Part shown: positions 49,143-62,990 of the stretch, in pieces | How the letters are laid out: each line of letters starts with the position of its first letter | How positions within the stretch are numbered: the first letter of the stretch is position 1 | Origin: Octopus vulgaris | Lineage: Eukaryota | Length of the DNA stretch: 64,000 nucleotides | NCBI GenBank assembly: GCA_951406725.2 | Contig: OX597831.1 | Coordinates: 11,656,001-11,720,000, forward strand | Direction: 5' to 3' | Translations under genes and position numbers: made by a program | The notes under the pieces: model-generated | Database searches by the model: none | Seen by the model: the letters and a program-made list of their open reading frames with translations, nothing else | Told to the model about the DNA's origin: nothing

Positions 49143-49348
49143 AAGATGGCAGAACCGTTAGCATGCCGGGCGAAATGCGTAGCCGTATTTCGTCTGCCGT
49201 TACTTTCTGAGTTCAAATTCTGCCGAGGTCAACTTTGCCTTTCATCCTTTCGGGGTTACGCACTGGGGTCGATATAATCGACTTAATCCGTTTGTCTGTC
49301 CTTGTTTGTCCTCTCTGTGTTTAGCCCCTTCTGGGTAGTAAAGAAATT
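49143..49348 (+). mobile_element. tRNA-derived SINE family B
   Basis: TGGCAGAACCGTTAGC (A-box-like), GAGTTCAAATTC (B-box-like), CTGGGGTCGATATAATCGACT, tail GGGTAGTAAAGAAAT. Confidence 0.85.
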
Positions 49349-49552
49349 GGTTTTAGAATGTCACAGGAATGAATATTGCCAGACAGATGGCAGAAGAAAA
49401 TCTGTTGACTAAGAACGAGATGGTTGGATAATATTGGAGAATATATACATGATCTCAATTGGTGAAGCTTGGGAATCTAGCTGGAAAGTTTAATGTCAGT
49501 TTGGACCTTTCGGAGCCTAAGGACTCTCACCCCCACTCCACAACACACACAC

Positions 49553-49592
<40 letters not shown>

Positions 49593-49659
49593 TCCTTCCA
49601 GGAATAGTGGATGCTGGAGATGGCTCAATTACTCAAAGACGCCATCGCATTTTTGTACC

Positions 49660-49785
49660 AACCACTGTTTTTGAGCCACTTCCACACTAGTTTTCACTTC
49701 CTCATCACTGGAATAATGTTTGCCTCTCAAACCCTCTTTCATGCGGCCGAAGAGATGATAGTCTGAAGGTGCTAAATTTAGTGTA
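49660..49785 (-). mobile_element. Mariner C-terminal fragment
   Basis: LNLAPSDYHLFGRMKEGLRGKHYSSDEEVKT; same family as 28161-28472. Confidence 0.85.
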
Positions 49786-50122
49786 ATGCAAAATTGCGTT
49801 TGTTGTAACTCCTCATACAAACAAACACACACACACATGTATATATATATATATATTTATATACAAAGAAAGATAGGGGTTATGGGTGTAACCCACTATG
49901 GGATATCATTTATCCAGAAACAGGTTAAGAAGTAATTTTAAGATTTCATTAATTTATAACATGACTTTTAAAATCTGTATTTGTATTATTACCTTATCTA
50001 TTGATTTATATATTTTGTATGCTTTTGATGTTCTCATTTGTAAAATGAATAAATAATCCAAAATTATAATATCCGTAAGTTGATGAACAAGCTAAAATTG
50101 TTTCTCCATTCTCTTATTTGTT

Positions 50123-50212
<90 letters not shown>

Positions 50213-50221
50213 TATATATAT

Positions 50222-50283
<62 letters not shown>

Positions 50284-50918
50284 GGAAACAAATGTATGTG
50301 TATATGTTTGCAGTGGACTCCTACACAATTTCCATCGCTTAAATTTAACTCGCACTTGCTTAGTTTGTAGAATTTCAACTGCAAAAATTTACTTCGTTCA
50401 AATTACAATTCTTGAAGTTCTTTTGTCAACGTTCCACGCCTCCTAATTAAATTTTCCTCAATTCCAGAAATAATCCAAACTGAAATTTTATTTTATTTTT
50501 TTCTTTCTCCAAATTATTGATAAGAAAATACAAAAAGAAAAGGCAACCAATTCGCATCTTATCCTTTAATTCTTCGTGTTATCTCGGTCTTTTATTTTCA
50601 ACAAATCTTATCTTAGCCAATAAAAACAGTTAGACTTGATGTCGTCAAAATTTAATATCTTTTAAATTTCGAAATTCACCGATCTTCTATCGAATATAAA
50701 ATGGCATGTACTAAGAAAAAAACCAAATGAAAAAAAAAAAAAATGAAAACGAAATGAAATGAAAACAGAAACAAAGAAAGAAAATAAATATAAAAAGATT
50801 TTTTTTTAAATTTACCAAAACAAATTCGATGTCAAAAAATGGTAAATAAAATATCAGAAAACAATACGCATAGCAAGAACAACAATAACAACAACAACAA
50901 CAACAACAGCAGCAGCAG

Positions 50919-50949
<31 letters not shown>

Positions 50950-50967
50950 AATAATAATAATAATAAT

Positions 50968-51410
50968 AATGCCTACTAAAGGCACAAGGCCTGAAAAGTT
51001 GGGGGAGAGTACGCACGTGTTTTATTGGTACTTAATTTATCGACCTCGAAATGACGAAAGGTAAAGTCGTCGTCAGCGGAATTTGAACTCAGAACGTAAA
51101 TACGGACGAAATGCCGCTAAGCATTTTGCTCGGCATGCTAACGATTCTTCCAGTTCGTCACTTTGATTAATAATAATAATAATAATAATAATTATTATTA
51201 TTATTATTATTATTATTATAGTCTTTTCTACTCTAGGCACAAGGCCCGAAATTTTGGAGGAGAAGCCTAGTCGATTATGCAACTGGTACTTAATTTATAG
51301 ACCCTGAAAGAATGAAAAACAAAGTCGATCTCGGCGGAATTTGAACTCAGAAAGTGAAGACAGACGTTTTGCTCGGCATGCTGACGATTTTGGCTCTTCG
51401 CCACCTTGAA
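50968..51410 (-). mobile_element. Two tandem SINE family B copies separated by (AAT)n(ATT)n
   Basis: Both have AGGCACAAGGCC(T/C)GAAA...TGGTACTTAATTTAT...GCGGAATTTGAACTCAGAA...GCTCGGCATGCT(A/G)ACGATT. Confidence 0.85.
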
Positions 51411-51414
51411 TCAC

Positions 51415-51513
<99 letters not shown>

Positions 51514-51529
51514 TATTATAATAATAATA

Positions 51530-51596
<67 letters not shown>

Positions 51597-51611
51597 GTAT
51601 CATTATTATTA

Positions 51612-51910
51612 TTATTTATTCTTTTATTAGCCACAAGGACTCACATACAAAAACAGGACGATGCAATGGGTTTTCCGCGTGTACACAATATGATAACAAT
51701 AAAAATTGAACAAATTAAAACTCCCAATAGCGGACACGCTTTAAGGTCCTCGTGGAAAAATCCACAAAAGCCACGCGTGAGTGAACAACGGGACAAGAAC
51801 CCTTCTCCTTTATTTTTTTTTACAGGTGCCCGCTCAGAATTGGTCCTTTCACACTGGCCATTCTTCCAACATTCGTCCGCCTTTCAACAAACGGAAGGTA
51901 ATAAATACAA
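51612..51910 (-). mobile_element. Probable LINE (L1/Tx1-like) 3' end
   Basis: Minus ORF ends FVERRTNVGRMASVKGPILSGHL*, followed by a UTR ending CCTTGTGGCTAATAAAAGAATAA and an (AAT)n tail; clade assignment is from recall only. Confidence 0.5.
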
Positions 51911-53049
51911 CATGTAAGAAGCGAAAGGAACAAATAAATGTTAAGAACGTAAGCATTTGATGTTCTGTTTTTGAATAAGATTATTGTAAAAACTTTGTGT
52001 GTTCGGCAGCTTGTGACCCCACTCCGAGTTCCTCTTATTAATGTCACCAGTAAATTCCTACTTACTTAGTTTAGCTTTTACTCTTGTTACTTGTAGTTCT
52101 TATCATTTTATTTTCGTTGTTTTTCGTTTTGCTTTTGGTTTTAATTTCGTAAGATTTTGTGGGGTTTTTTTTTCATTATTGTTTGTGTGAGTATGTGTAT
52201 AGTTATATATGTGTGCGTGTGTGTACGTGTGTATGTATTTGTATATATGTATATATTAAATTATACCGATAATGGCGTTCACGGTACTACATTGCAGCGA
52301 TGATGGTTATGATGATGATGATGACGACGACGACTACGATGACTACGACGATCATCATGATGATGACGACAACAACGATAATGAGACGATGATTATGATG
52401 ATAATGATGATGTCGATGGCGGCGTCAGCACCTACATCGGTAATAAAGCAGTTAACAAGAGGTTCTTAAAATGAATAAAATTTCTACTGCGAATGTAAAC
52501 AGATAACGAACGCCATCTGTCGTGAAAATAAAATAAAATACGTATAACTCTATTACAATTTCGACGAAATACACAACAAATAAGAGAAAAAGAGCAACAA
52601 CAAAGAGAATAACAACGAAAAACACTAGAAAAACAAAACTCAATACTTGTGAAATAAATGTTATATGATCAAACGGTGCTGCGAAATAAAAACTAAAGAA
52701 AGTTAAGACTAAAACAAGAGGAAGTGTCATGGCGAATCGTCACTGGTTTGCAACGGTGAATGAACGTCGTATGATTAAGTCAACGACATTTTAAATATAT
52801 TACAAAGTTTATCATTATGAAGAAATCAGTAGAGAAGTACAACATGATTTCTTCGCAGTTTTTCGTCAACTTTTTCTTCTTATAGACTGGGTTCAGCAGA
52901 CGCCGTCGCTCATATTTATCTTTGCAACAGAAATACCTCCTTAAAATGGCTTCTTAAAGTGGGCGAACTGACAGAGTCGATACGGCATTTGGATAAAATT
53001 GAGGCCTCGCAGTATTTATAACGATTCTATGTTCTATGAGTTGTGAAGA

Positions 53050-53365
53050 CGGGTTGATAAGTGGTTAGGGATATTCCGCTCATGATCGTGAGGTCGTGTT
53101 GGTCGATTCCTGACGGTGCGCTTTGTCACTTTATTTCCAGTTACACCAAACCCTTCAGCTGGCAAAAATGAGTTGTACCTGTAATAATACACAACGGCCA
53201 GCCTGGTCACACTTTGTGTCACGCTGAATCTCAATGAGAACTACGCTAAGGGTACGCGTGTCTGTGGAGTGCTCAGCCACTTGCACGTTAATTTCACAAG
53301 GCGGCTGTTCCGTTGATCGGATCACCTGGAAGCCTCGTCGTCGCAACCGACGGAATGCCAGTTTT
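53050..53365 (+). mobile_element. tRNA-derived SINE family C
   Basis: AGTGGTTAGGG (A-box part), GGTCGATTCC (B-box), central TCAGCTGGCAAAAATGAG shared with about 23226. Confidence 0.7.
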
Positions 53366-53981
53366 ATGTGCTGCGAGTTCAGATCCCACCGAGGTCAAGT
53401 TTGATTTTTTCAGCCATTCGGGTAACCGAGGTGATGAATTGAGAAAACCGGACCGGATACCCGGGGGTATACATTCCGGAACTACATGCTCTAAGTTCAA
53501 ATCCGACAAGAGTCAACTTTAGTTTTCATTTTTCTCGGTTCGATATGAAAAAAATAATAATAAACTGGTTTAATGTATTTGGAAGGACAAGAAGAAAATG
53601 GAATGGGATGCCTTACGACATTCGGATTCTTACATCCTGAATTCACACCCTGATATAGCATACCCGGTCTAACATCAACCACTGGTACCCTGGGTACGTT
53701 TAGTGGCGTCGACTTCCCCCAATAACATGGCAGACAATTACAAGAAATCTGAAAGAATACAAGGCATAAATATCACGTGATCGTCTGATCATTAATAAGA
53801 AGTTTCTCAATAACTCTAAGAGCAGCCATGATCGATAGAGTTCAATAACGTGTACGTTTGTATACACATAGATATAAACATATATATACATACAGACAGA
53901 CAAGCACAGACACATATATATAAACATATACATGTTCGTGTGCGCGTATATACATTACATATGTTCATATAATATATATAC

Positions 53982-54020
<39 letters not shown>

Positions 54021-54258
54021 TATATACATACGTACATACAAATATATAGTGTGTTTGTATATATTTATATATATTTATATGTGTATAGATATATATTGTA
54101 TGTGTGTGTACGCGTGCGCGCTGTGTATACATTTTAATGCTTGTATCTCAAGTACATTTATTTTTCTGCCTCTCTCTCTTTCTCTCTCTCTCTCTCTTTC
54201 TCTCTCGCTTTCTACGTCTCCATCTTGATACATATGTGTGTGAGCGTGTGTTGTGTGC

Positions 54259-54320
<62 letters not shown>

Positions 54321-54352
54321 ATGTATCTATGTTTGTACGTATATATTTATAC

Positions 54353-54390
<38 letters not shown>

Positions 54391-54752
54391 TGTGTAACAT
54401 ATTACAGAATTTTCAACATAGAATTTTGACTTCATTTCTCTTGATTAAGTATAGATATTTTCTTCAAAATGGCGAATGACATTCTGTGGTTTTTCAAGCG
54501 TTAAAAATAAAATCTAAAATAATATCGGGGGCAGAATAACAAAGAAAAAAAAAAAAGAACGAAAACACGATGCGTAATTGTTGAGAGCTTTGGGAAAAAT
54601 AAAATTATATTCAATGTAAAAATAACCATAAATATACACAAAATATATAAAAAGAACATTGAAAATATGAAAAATTATAAGAGGTGACAAATTTCCAAGG
54701 AAGTAGGTGCTAATGTGTATCAAAAATATAAAAACCTGGGCTAAAATGACAC

Positions 54753-54790
<38 letters not shown>

Positions 54791-55107
54791 TAATAATAAT
54801 AATAATAATAATAATAAGCTAACGATATAAAGAGGTGTTTAAATTACTGCAACAAAGGGGCAAATATGTGTCTTCTCTCCTCGGGTCGTTTGCGTGATTG
54901 TATTTATGTGATGACATTCATTTTCACAACCTTTTTGTTGCCAGAATTTCTTTTACATTCGGATGCATTCAAACACGTTACTTAGTTGCTTTTTTGGCTA
55001 ATATTTTAATTTTTTTCTTTTGTCTTTTCATACTTGTATGCGTGGTGCATGTCAAGACTTTATAAAATCAGTTCTGCCTCTCTATCTTAAATAAGTACGT
55101 GTGTATG

Positions 55108-55142
<35 letters not shown>

Positions 55143-55229
55143 TATATATATATATATATATGGAGAAGATAAGTGTATTCCAATGGAAGAAGAAATGCAT
55201 ACGTATATATATATATATGCATACATACA

Positions 55230-55269
<40 letters not shown>

Positions 55270-55344
55270 TATAAGCAACAGAAATTTATAATACATATAT
55301 ATAACATATACAGCAGAAATTCAACAAAACCTGTTATATACATA

Positions 55345-55407
<63 letters not shown>

Positions 55408-55409
55408 TA

Positions 55410-55795
55410 TGTTTTATTTGTTCCTGTCATCTGACTGCGGCCATGCTGGAGTACCGCCATGAGAGGTTTTTGTCGAACAAATCGACCCTAGGATTCTTTC
55501 ATTTTGAAGCCTATTACTTATTCTATCGGCCTCTTTTGCCGAACCGCTAAGTTACGGGGACGTAAACACGTCAGCATCGGTTGTGAGGCGGTGTTAGGTG
55601 ACAAACGCACACACATACACACGCACATATAGGATTAGATTCTTTCAGTTTCCGTCCACCAAATCCACTCACGAAGCTTTGGTCAACCCGAGGCTATAGT
55701 AGAAAACACTTGCCCAAGGTGTCAAACAATAAGACTGAACCCGGAACCATGTGGTTGAGAAGCAAACTTCTTACCACGCAGCCACGCCTGCGCCA
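55410..55795 (-). mobile_element. Full-length SINE family A
   Basis: Reverse complement of 44647-45095 from GACTGCGGCCATGCTGGAG to CTTACCACGCAGCCACGCCTGCGCC. Confidence 0.9.
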
Positions 55796-56313
55796 ATGCA
55801 GTACTTTACTTTATATAACGTGAGAAAACGAAATAATCTATCACAAAAACCACAGGAAAAGCACCAGAAGGGCAGTGTTTGTTAATACATACAGATAAAT
55901 ATCTAAGGGGAGAGAAGGGGAGAGAAGGAGAAAATTCAGGATAAAGTGATCGGTGTGTGTCTGTATTGTACCCCGCTATTTGGTATGTGTTTATCTGTAT
56001 ATATAAATGGCAAGATGTGTGTATGTGTGTGTGTGTGTCTGTACGTGAATGTATAGTATTTTATATATTACAATAGAGTTAATAGTCAAACTTTGCCTAT
56101 TTTGTTTGTTTCTTTGTTTTTCATATTATTTTCCTTGATTTGTACCATATTCAAAAGAGAATATCTATGGACATTATCGCCAAGACACATATCATACTTT
56201 CACAAATTCTTGCCCTGTCAACACGACAGAGTCTTGACAATTCCGTTGTAGTCCGTTGTGAGCGCGATAAATATATAAGAAATAAATATGAGCAAGATAG
56301 ATATATAAATAAG

Positions 56314-56350
<37 letters not shown>

Positions 56351-56895
56351 AGATGTGTACGAGTTTAGATGAATAAATCATTTGACAGAACAGAACCCCT
56401 GCAGATATTAACCTTTACTGAGATATGAAAACCTTTACAGACAACACAAATATATATTTAGGAAAATTACGTAGAGCTCCATGGAACATTAACTTTATAA
56501 AAGAACTCTGTTTTTTCTATATAATCAATATTTTAGGGAATATCTAGCTCATTGCTTCTCAAACATTTGCTGTTTTCTTCTAAATATTTGTCTCCTCTTT
56601 TTATTAACTCTTTTTCAGCGCCTCATTGTTACTACTTAGTAAAATTTAATGTACCACATATACTTATGTGTATTTATGCACACAGAATTCAGAACATTAA
56701 TAATGCTACAGGTGTAGTGACTGACTCTATTGTCTGTATGAAAATACAAATGAATTTTAAGGATATGTTTGAAAATATTTGTTTTCTTGTGATTTACCTT
56801 GCACTTACTTTGCATTGTTTTAGCCTTACCCACGATCTTTTATACAATATATTCTACACAATGTTTCATAGTAATTATTCCATTATATATATATA

Positions 56896-56925
56896 CTAGC
56901 AGTAAAACCCGGTGTTGCTCGGGAT
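56896..56925 (-). mobile_element. Helitron 3' terminus
   Basis: Minus strand CCCGAGCAACACCGGG hairpin, short spacer, CTAG, then T: the canonical Helitron end. Confidence 0.7.
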
Positions 56926-56949
56926 TAAAATGGTAGAGGTTTTAATTGC

Positions 56950-57139
56950 TTTGGTCATGTGACTGCGGGCATACTAGAGCACCACTTTTAGTGGAAGAAA
57001 TTCACAACAGAATTTATTCTTTGTAAGCATAGTACTTATTCTATCGGTGTGTATTGCAAACGACTAAGTTATGGGGACGTAAACACAGCAACATAGGTCA
57101 TCAAGTCATGGTGGGGGTACGAGCACAGACACGGACAAA

Positions 57140-57140
<1 letters not shown>
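56950..57140 (-). mobile_element. SINE family A 3' half
   Basis: GACTGCGGGCATACTAGAGCACC...AGTACTTATTCTATCGG...CTAAGTTATGGGGACGTAAACAC. Confidence 0.75.
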
Positions 57141-57184
<44 letters not shown>

Positions 57185-57249
57185 GCATATATATATCATA
57201 TATATATATATATATACAAAAATATATATACATACATATATATATGCAC

Positions 57250-57282
<33 letters not shown>

Positions 57283-57508
57283 TAGATAGATAGATAGATA
57301 GATATGTGCATATATATATATACATGTCTATATACAAAAGTATATGTATGTATATACAAGTATATATATATAAAGATATATATATATATAGGCATATATA
57401 TGTATATATATGCAGGAATATAAATATACGTGTATATATAAGAATTCTTTGCGTAATAAGATAAAAAAACCAAGGCGGTATAGCTATTAGAGCAATTATA
57501 GATAGAAG

Positions 57509-57560
57509 GTCTTACAGCTGTTTCTAGGGTATTAATTAATAATATTCCTTCATCGGAGAC
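57509..57560 (-). ncRNA. Hammerhead motif of the same family as 9640-9687 (core CCGAUGA)
   Basis: GTCT-CCGATGA-AGGAATATT...AATACCCT-A-GAAAC-AGCT-GTA-AGAC; the 3' flank (GCCTTGG.TTT..TATCT) is also shared. Confidence 0.75.
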
Positions 57561-57990
57561 GGTGTGAGAGGATAGTTAAGTCATGGTTAGTTTCGATGTG
57601 ATATAAATAGAGTGAGGTGGAGGAAAGAAAATAGATGCAAGATATGTATGGGTATTGAATTTGTAAATCCGTTTTATAGGCATAATGGTATATATGCAAT
57701 ATTACAATATCCTATGAGTAAAGTCCAAAAGTCCAACAGAGTTTAATATGAGTCCTTGCAAATATAGAGTATCTAAGCAATGTAAGAATCCCTTATGAGT
57801 GAGGTCCAGCAGATTTTTAAAGTTGGTCATTCCCAGTAGGGAATTTATATACAGTGTTGCAGAGTCAAAGGTTTATATTTAAAATGACATTTAAAAATAT
57901 ATATATATACATGTATATATATATTAGATGTATATATATATATATACATGTATATATATATACATATATATACATGTATACATATATACA

Positions 57991-58064
<74 letters not shown>

Positions 58065-58227
58065 GTTATCGCCATACTAATATGGCATTCTTATAAAAAT
58101 AAGAAAAAAGCTGTCCGCTTATTAGCTCCATGAGGCCATCGCCTTAAGTTAGCTATTTGATACACAAACTGTATCCATATAACCTTCGAACAAGGGAGGT
58201 CAGTCGCTCCACACTACTTGACCGGCA

Positions 58228-58269
58228 GCTACAGACGCGTTTCGGAGTATTGCCCCTTTTCAATGCAGC
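58228..58269 (-). ncRNA. Hammerhead motif with a U3-A8 covariant core
   Basis: GCTGCA-TTGAAAA-GGGG-CAATA-CTCC-GAAAC-GC-GTC-TGTAGC; 6-bp stem I, palindromic ACGCGT stem III, GUC triplet. Confidence 0.7.
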
Positions 58270-58298
58270 GTAGCCAGCCAGTAGGTGTCGCTTCCGAC

Positions 58299-58340
58299 AA
58301 TCTCTGTTCGATGGTTTTATAAAACCATCGAACAGAGATT
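58299..58340. repeat. Perfect 42-bp palindrome
   Basis: AATCTCTGTTCGATGGTTTTA|TAAAACCATCGAACAGAGATT. Confidence 0.95.
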
Positions 58341-58367
58341 ATTTTCTCTCCCTGTTTATTTCTGAGT

Positions 58368-58406
58368 TCCTTTCTGTTGAAGAGCGTAGGCTCGAAACTT
58401 AAAGGA
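58368..58406 (+). ncRNA. Degenerate minimal hammerhead motif
   Basis: TCCTTT-CTGTTGA-A-GAGC-GTAG-GCTC-GAAAC-TT-AAAGGA; A6U substitution and an incomplete stem III. Confidence 0.55.
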
Positions 58407-58506
58407 CTTTCTCACTTCCCGAGTGTTAAACTTTTTGTCTTTTAAACACCCGTTTTCGTCTTTTGTTTTGTTTGTTTATTTGTAAATTCCAACAATACAT
58501 GTATAT

Positions 58507-58945
58507 TCATTCCAACGACGCCGTGAACGCTACATTATCTATATGATGTGGAAAATATTCCATCAGCACTGTCCGAATGATGTTGGCATCACCTTCAAAA
58601 TACATGCAAGACTTGAACTCCGTGCCATCCGTCCACAACAAAAATCTAAATCGCATCTCATAACAACAATACGGCACAATTATTTCACCTCAATTGGACC
58701 CGCTCTCTTCAATATTACACCAGGACACGTCAAAACAGAAACTGACCACACAAAATTCAAGAAGTCTTTAGACAAATTACTTCAAACAGTTCCGGACAAA
58801 CCACCCGCAAACAATAACTCTCTGCTCGAATGGGCCTTGATACCCAAATCCTGAATTGAAAGACTTCGCCAGGTGGTGCTATTAAGTTACACATGGGCTG
58901 GGCCAACACTGGCCAAAACCTTTCTAAGTTATTTAAAGTTATTCT

Positions 58946-58950
<5 letters not shown>
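58507..58950 (+). mobile_element. 3' end of a second CR1/L2-group LINE family
   Basis: RHNYFTSIGPALFNITP...KFKKSLDKLLQTVPDKP, followed by a structured 3' UTR and short (TAAGTTAT)-like tail repeats. Confidence 0.8.
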
Positions 58951-59014
<64 letters not shown>

Positions 59015-59299
59015 GACATGGGATACGCATTGTTAAAGTTTTGTTGGACACTTATTCCAAGAACGCATACTTAAATTGTATGCATTTTCTATGAAAAGTG
59101 GATGTATTTGCATTTTCAAAGGGGTTTTGTCCCGTGTTATAAACCCCCATTAGTGCGTGTTAAATAATATTGCAAGATGGTGGAATTCTGGAAATCATTG
59201 AGCTTTATTATATACATATGCCTGTGTGTCTGTACATCTATAGGACGAAAGGGAATAGAAGATACATAAAAACAAAGCATGTGTTCTCATGTATATATA

Positions 59300-59331
<32 letters not shown>

Positions 59332-59439
59332 AACATATACATATATGGGTACAGGACGTCACCAACTGTGCAAACAACATGGAATACATGAACACAGGAC
59401 AAGTAAACACAGAGAAGAGACCCTTCATCAGTTGATAGA

Positions 59440-59676
59440 GGAAACTGTGTGGAAGCCCGTCGTATATATATATCTGTATGCCTATATGTGTATATGTATA
59501 TATACACATATATATGTATATATGTGTGTGTGTATATATGTAACTTAGCGGTTCCGCAGAAAAAACAACCGTTAGAATAAGTACTAGGCTTACAAAGAAT
59601 AATTCCAGGAGTCAATTTGCTCGGCGAAAGGCGGTGCTCCAGCATGGCCGCAGTCAAATGACTGAAACAAATAAAA

Positions 59677-59680
<4 letters not shown>
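59440..59680 (+). mobile_element. SINE family A 3' half
   Basis: TAACTTAGCGGTTCC...GGCGGTGCTCCAGCATGGCCGCAGTCAAATGACTGAAACAAATAAAAG. Confidence 0.85.
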
Positions 59681-59743
<63 letters not shown>

Positions 59744-61026
59744 CATACATACATACATACATACATACATACATACATACATACATACATACATACATAC
59801 ATACATACATACATACACTCACACACACATATATATATACATACTTCTAGCAAATTCACCGAAATGAAACCGGTCGTTCCGAGACTCTTGCAGAAGACAC
59901 GTTCTCCAAGTGCCCCACGGTGTCACTAAACCCCCAATCACATAGTTGGGAAGCGAGCTTCTAGACCAAACATCCTTGCCCGTGCCAATTTAAGAGTGAT
60001 TTGGTTAGTATTTCCAGCAGGCTGTGCGTACGACCATCTTGTTGTTCAGTCGTCGTTACACAGATCTCTGAAACAACATTGAATGGCCGTCATTTTGATC
60101 TGTATTGACCATGTGACCATATGTAGCTTTGATCGTGTCAGATTCCACACCAATCTTTAGAAGTGTCCCTAATAGCAGCATCCATACTTTGTGTTCTTTA
60201 TATTCGAGACCATTCCACACCACATCATCAATGGGCGAACTCTCTGTCTGTCTCCCTCTCTCATTCTCTTCCTCTCTCTCTCTTTCTGTCCCTCTCTTTT
60301 TCTCTCCCTCTCTTTCTCTCTCCCTTTCTGTCCCTCCCTCACATTCTAACTTAGACAATCATATACATCGTCACTCCCTCCTTTTCCCCCTCTTTCTCAC
60401 AAATTTTTGTCACTGTTTTCACCTCTATTCATCTATCTATCGATCACAGGTTTATCAGACTCTCTCCCCCCCTCTCTCTCTCCCTTTCTCTCCAACTCTC
60501 CCCCACCTCTCTGTCTCTTCTATCTGTCTCTCCTACTTTTTGTATCTCCCTTTCTCCTACTCACTGTCTCTCCCACTCCCTGTCTCTCTCCCTCTCTCTT
60601 CCTCTCAATCTCACCCCTTTTTTTCTCTGGTGCTCACGCTGATGGTACCTCCTCTCTCTCTAACTATCTATCTCTCCTACACCATTTCTTCTTCTCTCAG
60701 TCTTTCTCTCTCTCTCTCTCTCTCTCTTCCACTCAATCTCACCCTCTTTCTCTGGTGCTCACTCTCTCTCTTTCTCTCTCTTTCTATACCTTAATATGAG
60801 TATCAAAATGTCAGCATGTCTACATAATATCTGTGTATTTCACTCGTATATACACCCACTGGACCCCACATACATAGACGCATACACACACACACACACT
60901 CACACACACACACACACACATACACACACACACACATACACACATTTATATATATCTATATACATATCTAACTTTTAGTTCATTTTCCCTATATATAATA
61001 GATAATGGTAGATAGATAGATAGATG

Positions 61027-61089
<63 letters not shown>

Positions 61090-61141
61090 GGACAGATAGA
61101 TAGATAGATATCTTGACAGACAGACAGACAGACAGACAGAC

Positions 61142-61218
<77 letters not shown>

Positions 61219-61261
61219 TATAGATAGATAGATAGACAGACAGAAAGATAGACAGACAGAC

Positions 61262-61297
<36 letters not shown>

Positions 61298-62071
61298 GCA
61301 TACATGCACACGTACGTACATACATATTCACATAAATATTTCTTCATCTATCTGTCTATCAATCTAATCATATACCTCGATCAATTTTCGCTCTCTTTCT
61401 TTTTCTCCCTCACTTTATCTCCCTATCTGCCTGTCTGCCTCTCTCTCTGTTTATCTGTATATCTATCTATCTATCTTTCTGCTTATCTATCTATCAGCTT
61501 ATCTATCTATATTTGAATGTGTGTGCGTGACTGCATGAGTGTGATTGTGTGTGTGTGTTTTATGTGTATGTGCTAGTGTTCCTGTTTATACTTTTATTGT
61601 ATGTATGTGTGATGTATATATATATATATATATATCACAGTCTGACATGTCTATCGAAAAGCTTGCTCTGACCATCAAAAGAAGACAAACACATAATGAA
61701 GCAGAGGAGCAGAAAAATTAGCAAAAGAACGACAACAACACCAACAACAACAACAGCAACAACCCAAAAAACCCGTAATGTAAAAATGTCCAACATATTC
61801 TCTTTTATTCTGTGTTGAGGTGCTAAAACCAAGTGCGCCTGCTGCCAGTGTGTCCAAGTGTCCGTTTTTCGGTCCATTAATAATTCTAACACTTTCACCA
61901 AACCAGAAGTTGTACAATAGACGGGCACACACACGCAAACACACACACACACACATGGGCAAGGACACGCACGGACGCATACACACGAGCATTCGGACAC
62001 ATACAATAGGACAGACATGTATACATACTCATACACACCGACACACAAGAGCACACACGCGCAGATATGTA

Positions 62072-62117
<46 letters not shown>

Positions 62118-62207
62118 CATATAAACATATATCTATGTATATGTGAAGACATATATATGTATCTATCTATCCCTCTGTCTCTCTCTCTCTCTCTACACAC
62201 ACACATA

Positions 62208-62264
<57 letters not shown>

Positions 62265-62610
62265 GTATATATAGATACATGTATATATTCATATATATAT
62301 ATATGTATACATATATAAATATATGCATGTGTGTTTGTGTGTGTATGTGTGTTTGCACATATATATATATATATATATATATATGAAACACTCAGACGCG
62401 AGAACCTCACAGTGCCTAGCGCATGCGCACACATGCATATCCACGTAGCTAAAAACTATTCACTTATTAACCAAAACCTATCACTTTCTAACACACAATC
62501 ATTCCTCCTCACACACCTCATCCTTACCATTCCATATGTGTATACCAGCATATATACACATATATATATAGATAGATGCCTACATACACATATATACACA
62601 CATACTCATT

Positions 62611-62670
<60 letters not shown>

Positions 62671-62944
62671 GTTCTGTGTGTGCGGAGAGGAATCACGCAC
62701 ACTGACAACCGATTCCTAATAGATTTGTTGTTTGTTTTATTGAATTCTTTGTAGTCTGACATCGAGGTTATTAGTTTTGGCAATCTTAAACCAGTTAGAC
62801 AGCGAAACATTTTTCCCAATGTACATTTGATTTCTCTCAATGCCCGCTAACTGTTTTCAAAAACAGCCATTTCTTTATTCTCTTTCGTCTCGCCGCCTTT
62901 TCCACCATTGATGTATATATGTGTATGATTAGCTAATATATATA

Positions 62945-62990
<46 letters not shown>

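Noticed and set aside
51826-51897. 72-nt plus-strand exon candidate (TTTTTACAG...AAG|GTAATA), open in all frames
   Set aside because: More simply the antisense of a LINE ORF end and 3' UTR; would need junction reads to reinstate.
59415-59436. Minus-strand CTGATGAAGGG half-motif
   Set aside because: No matching stem II closure or GAAA found.
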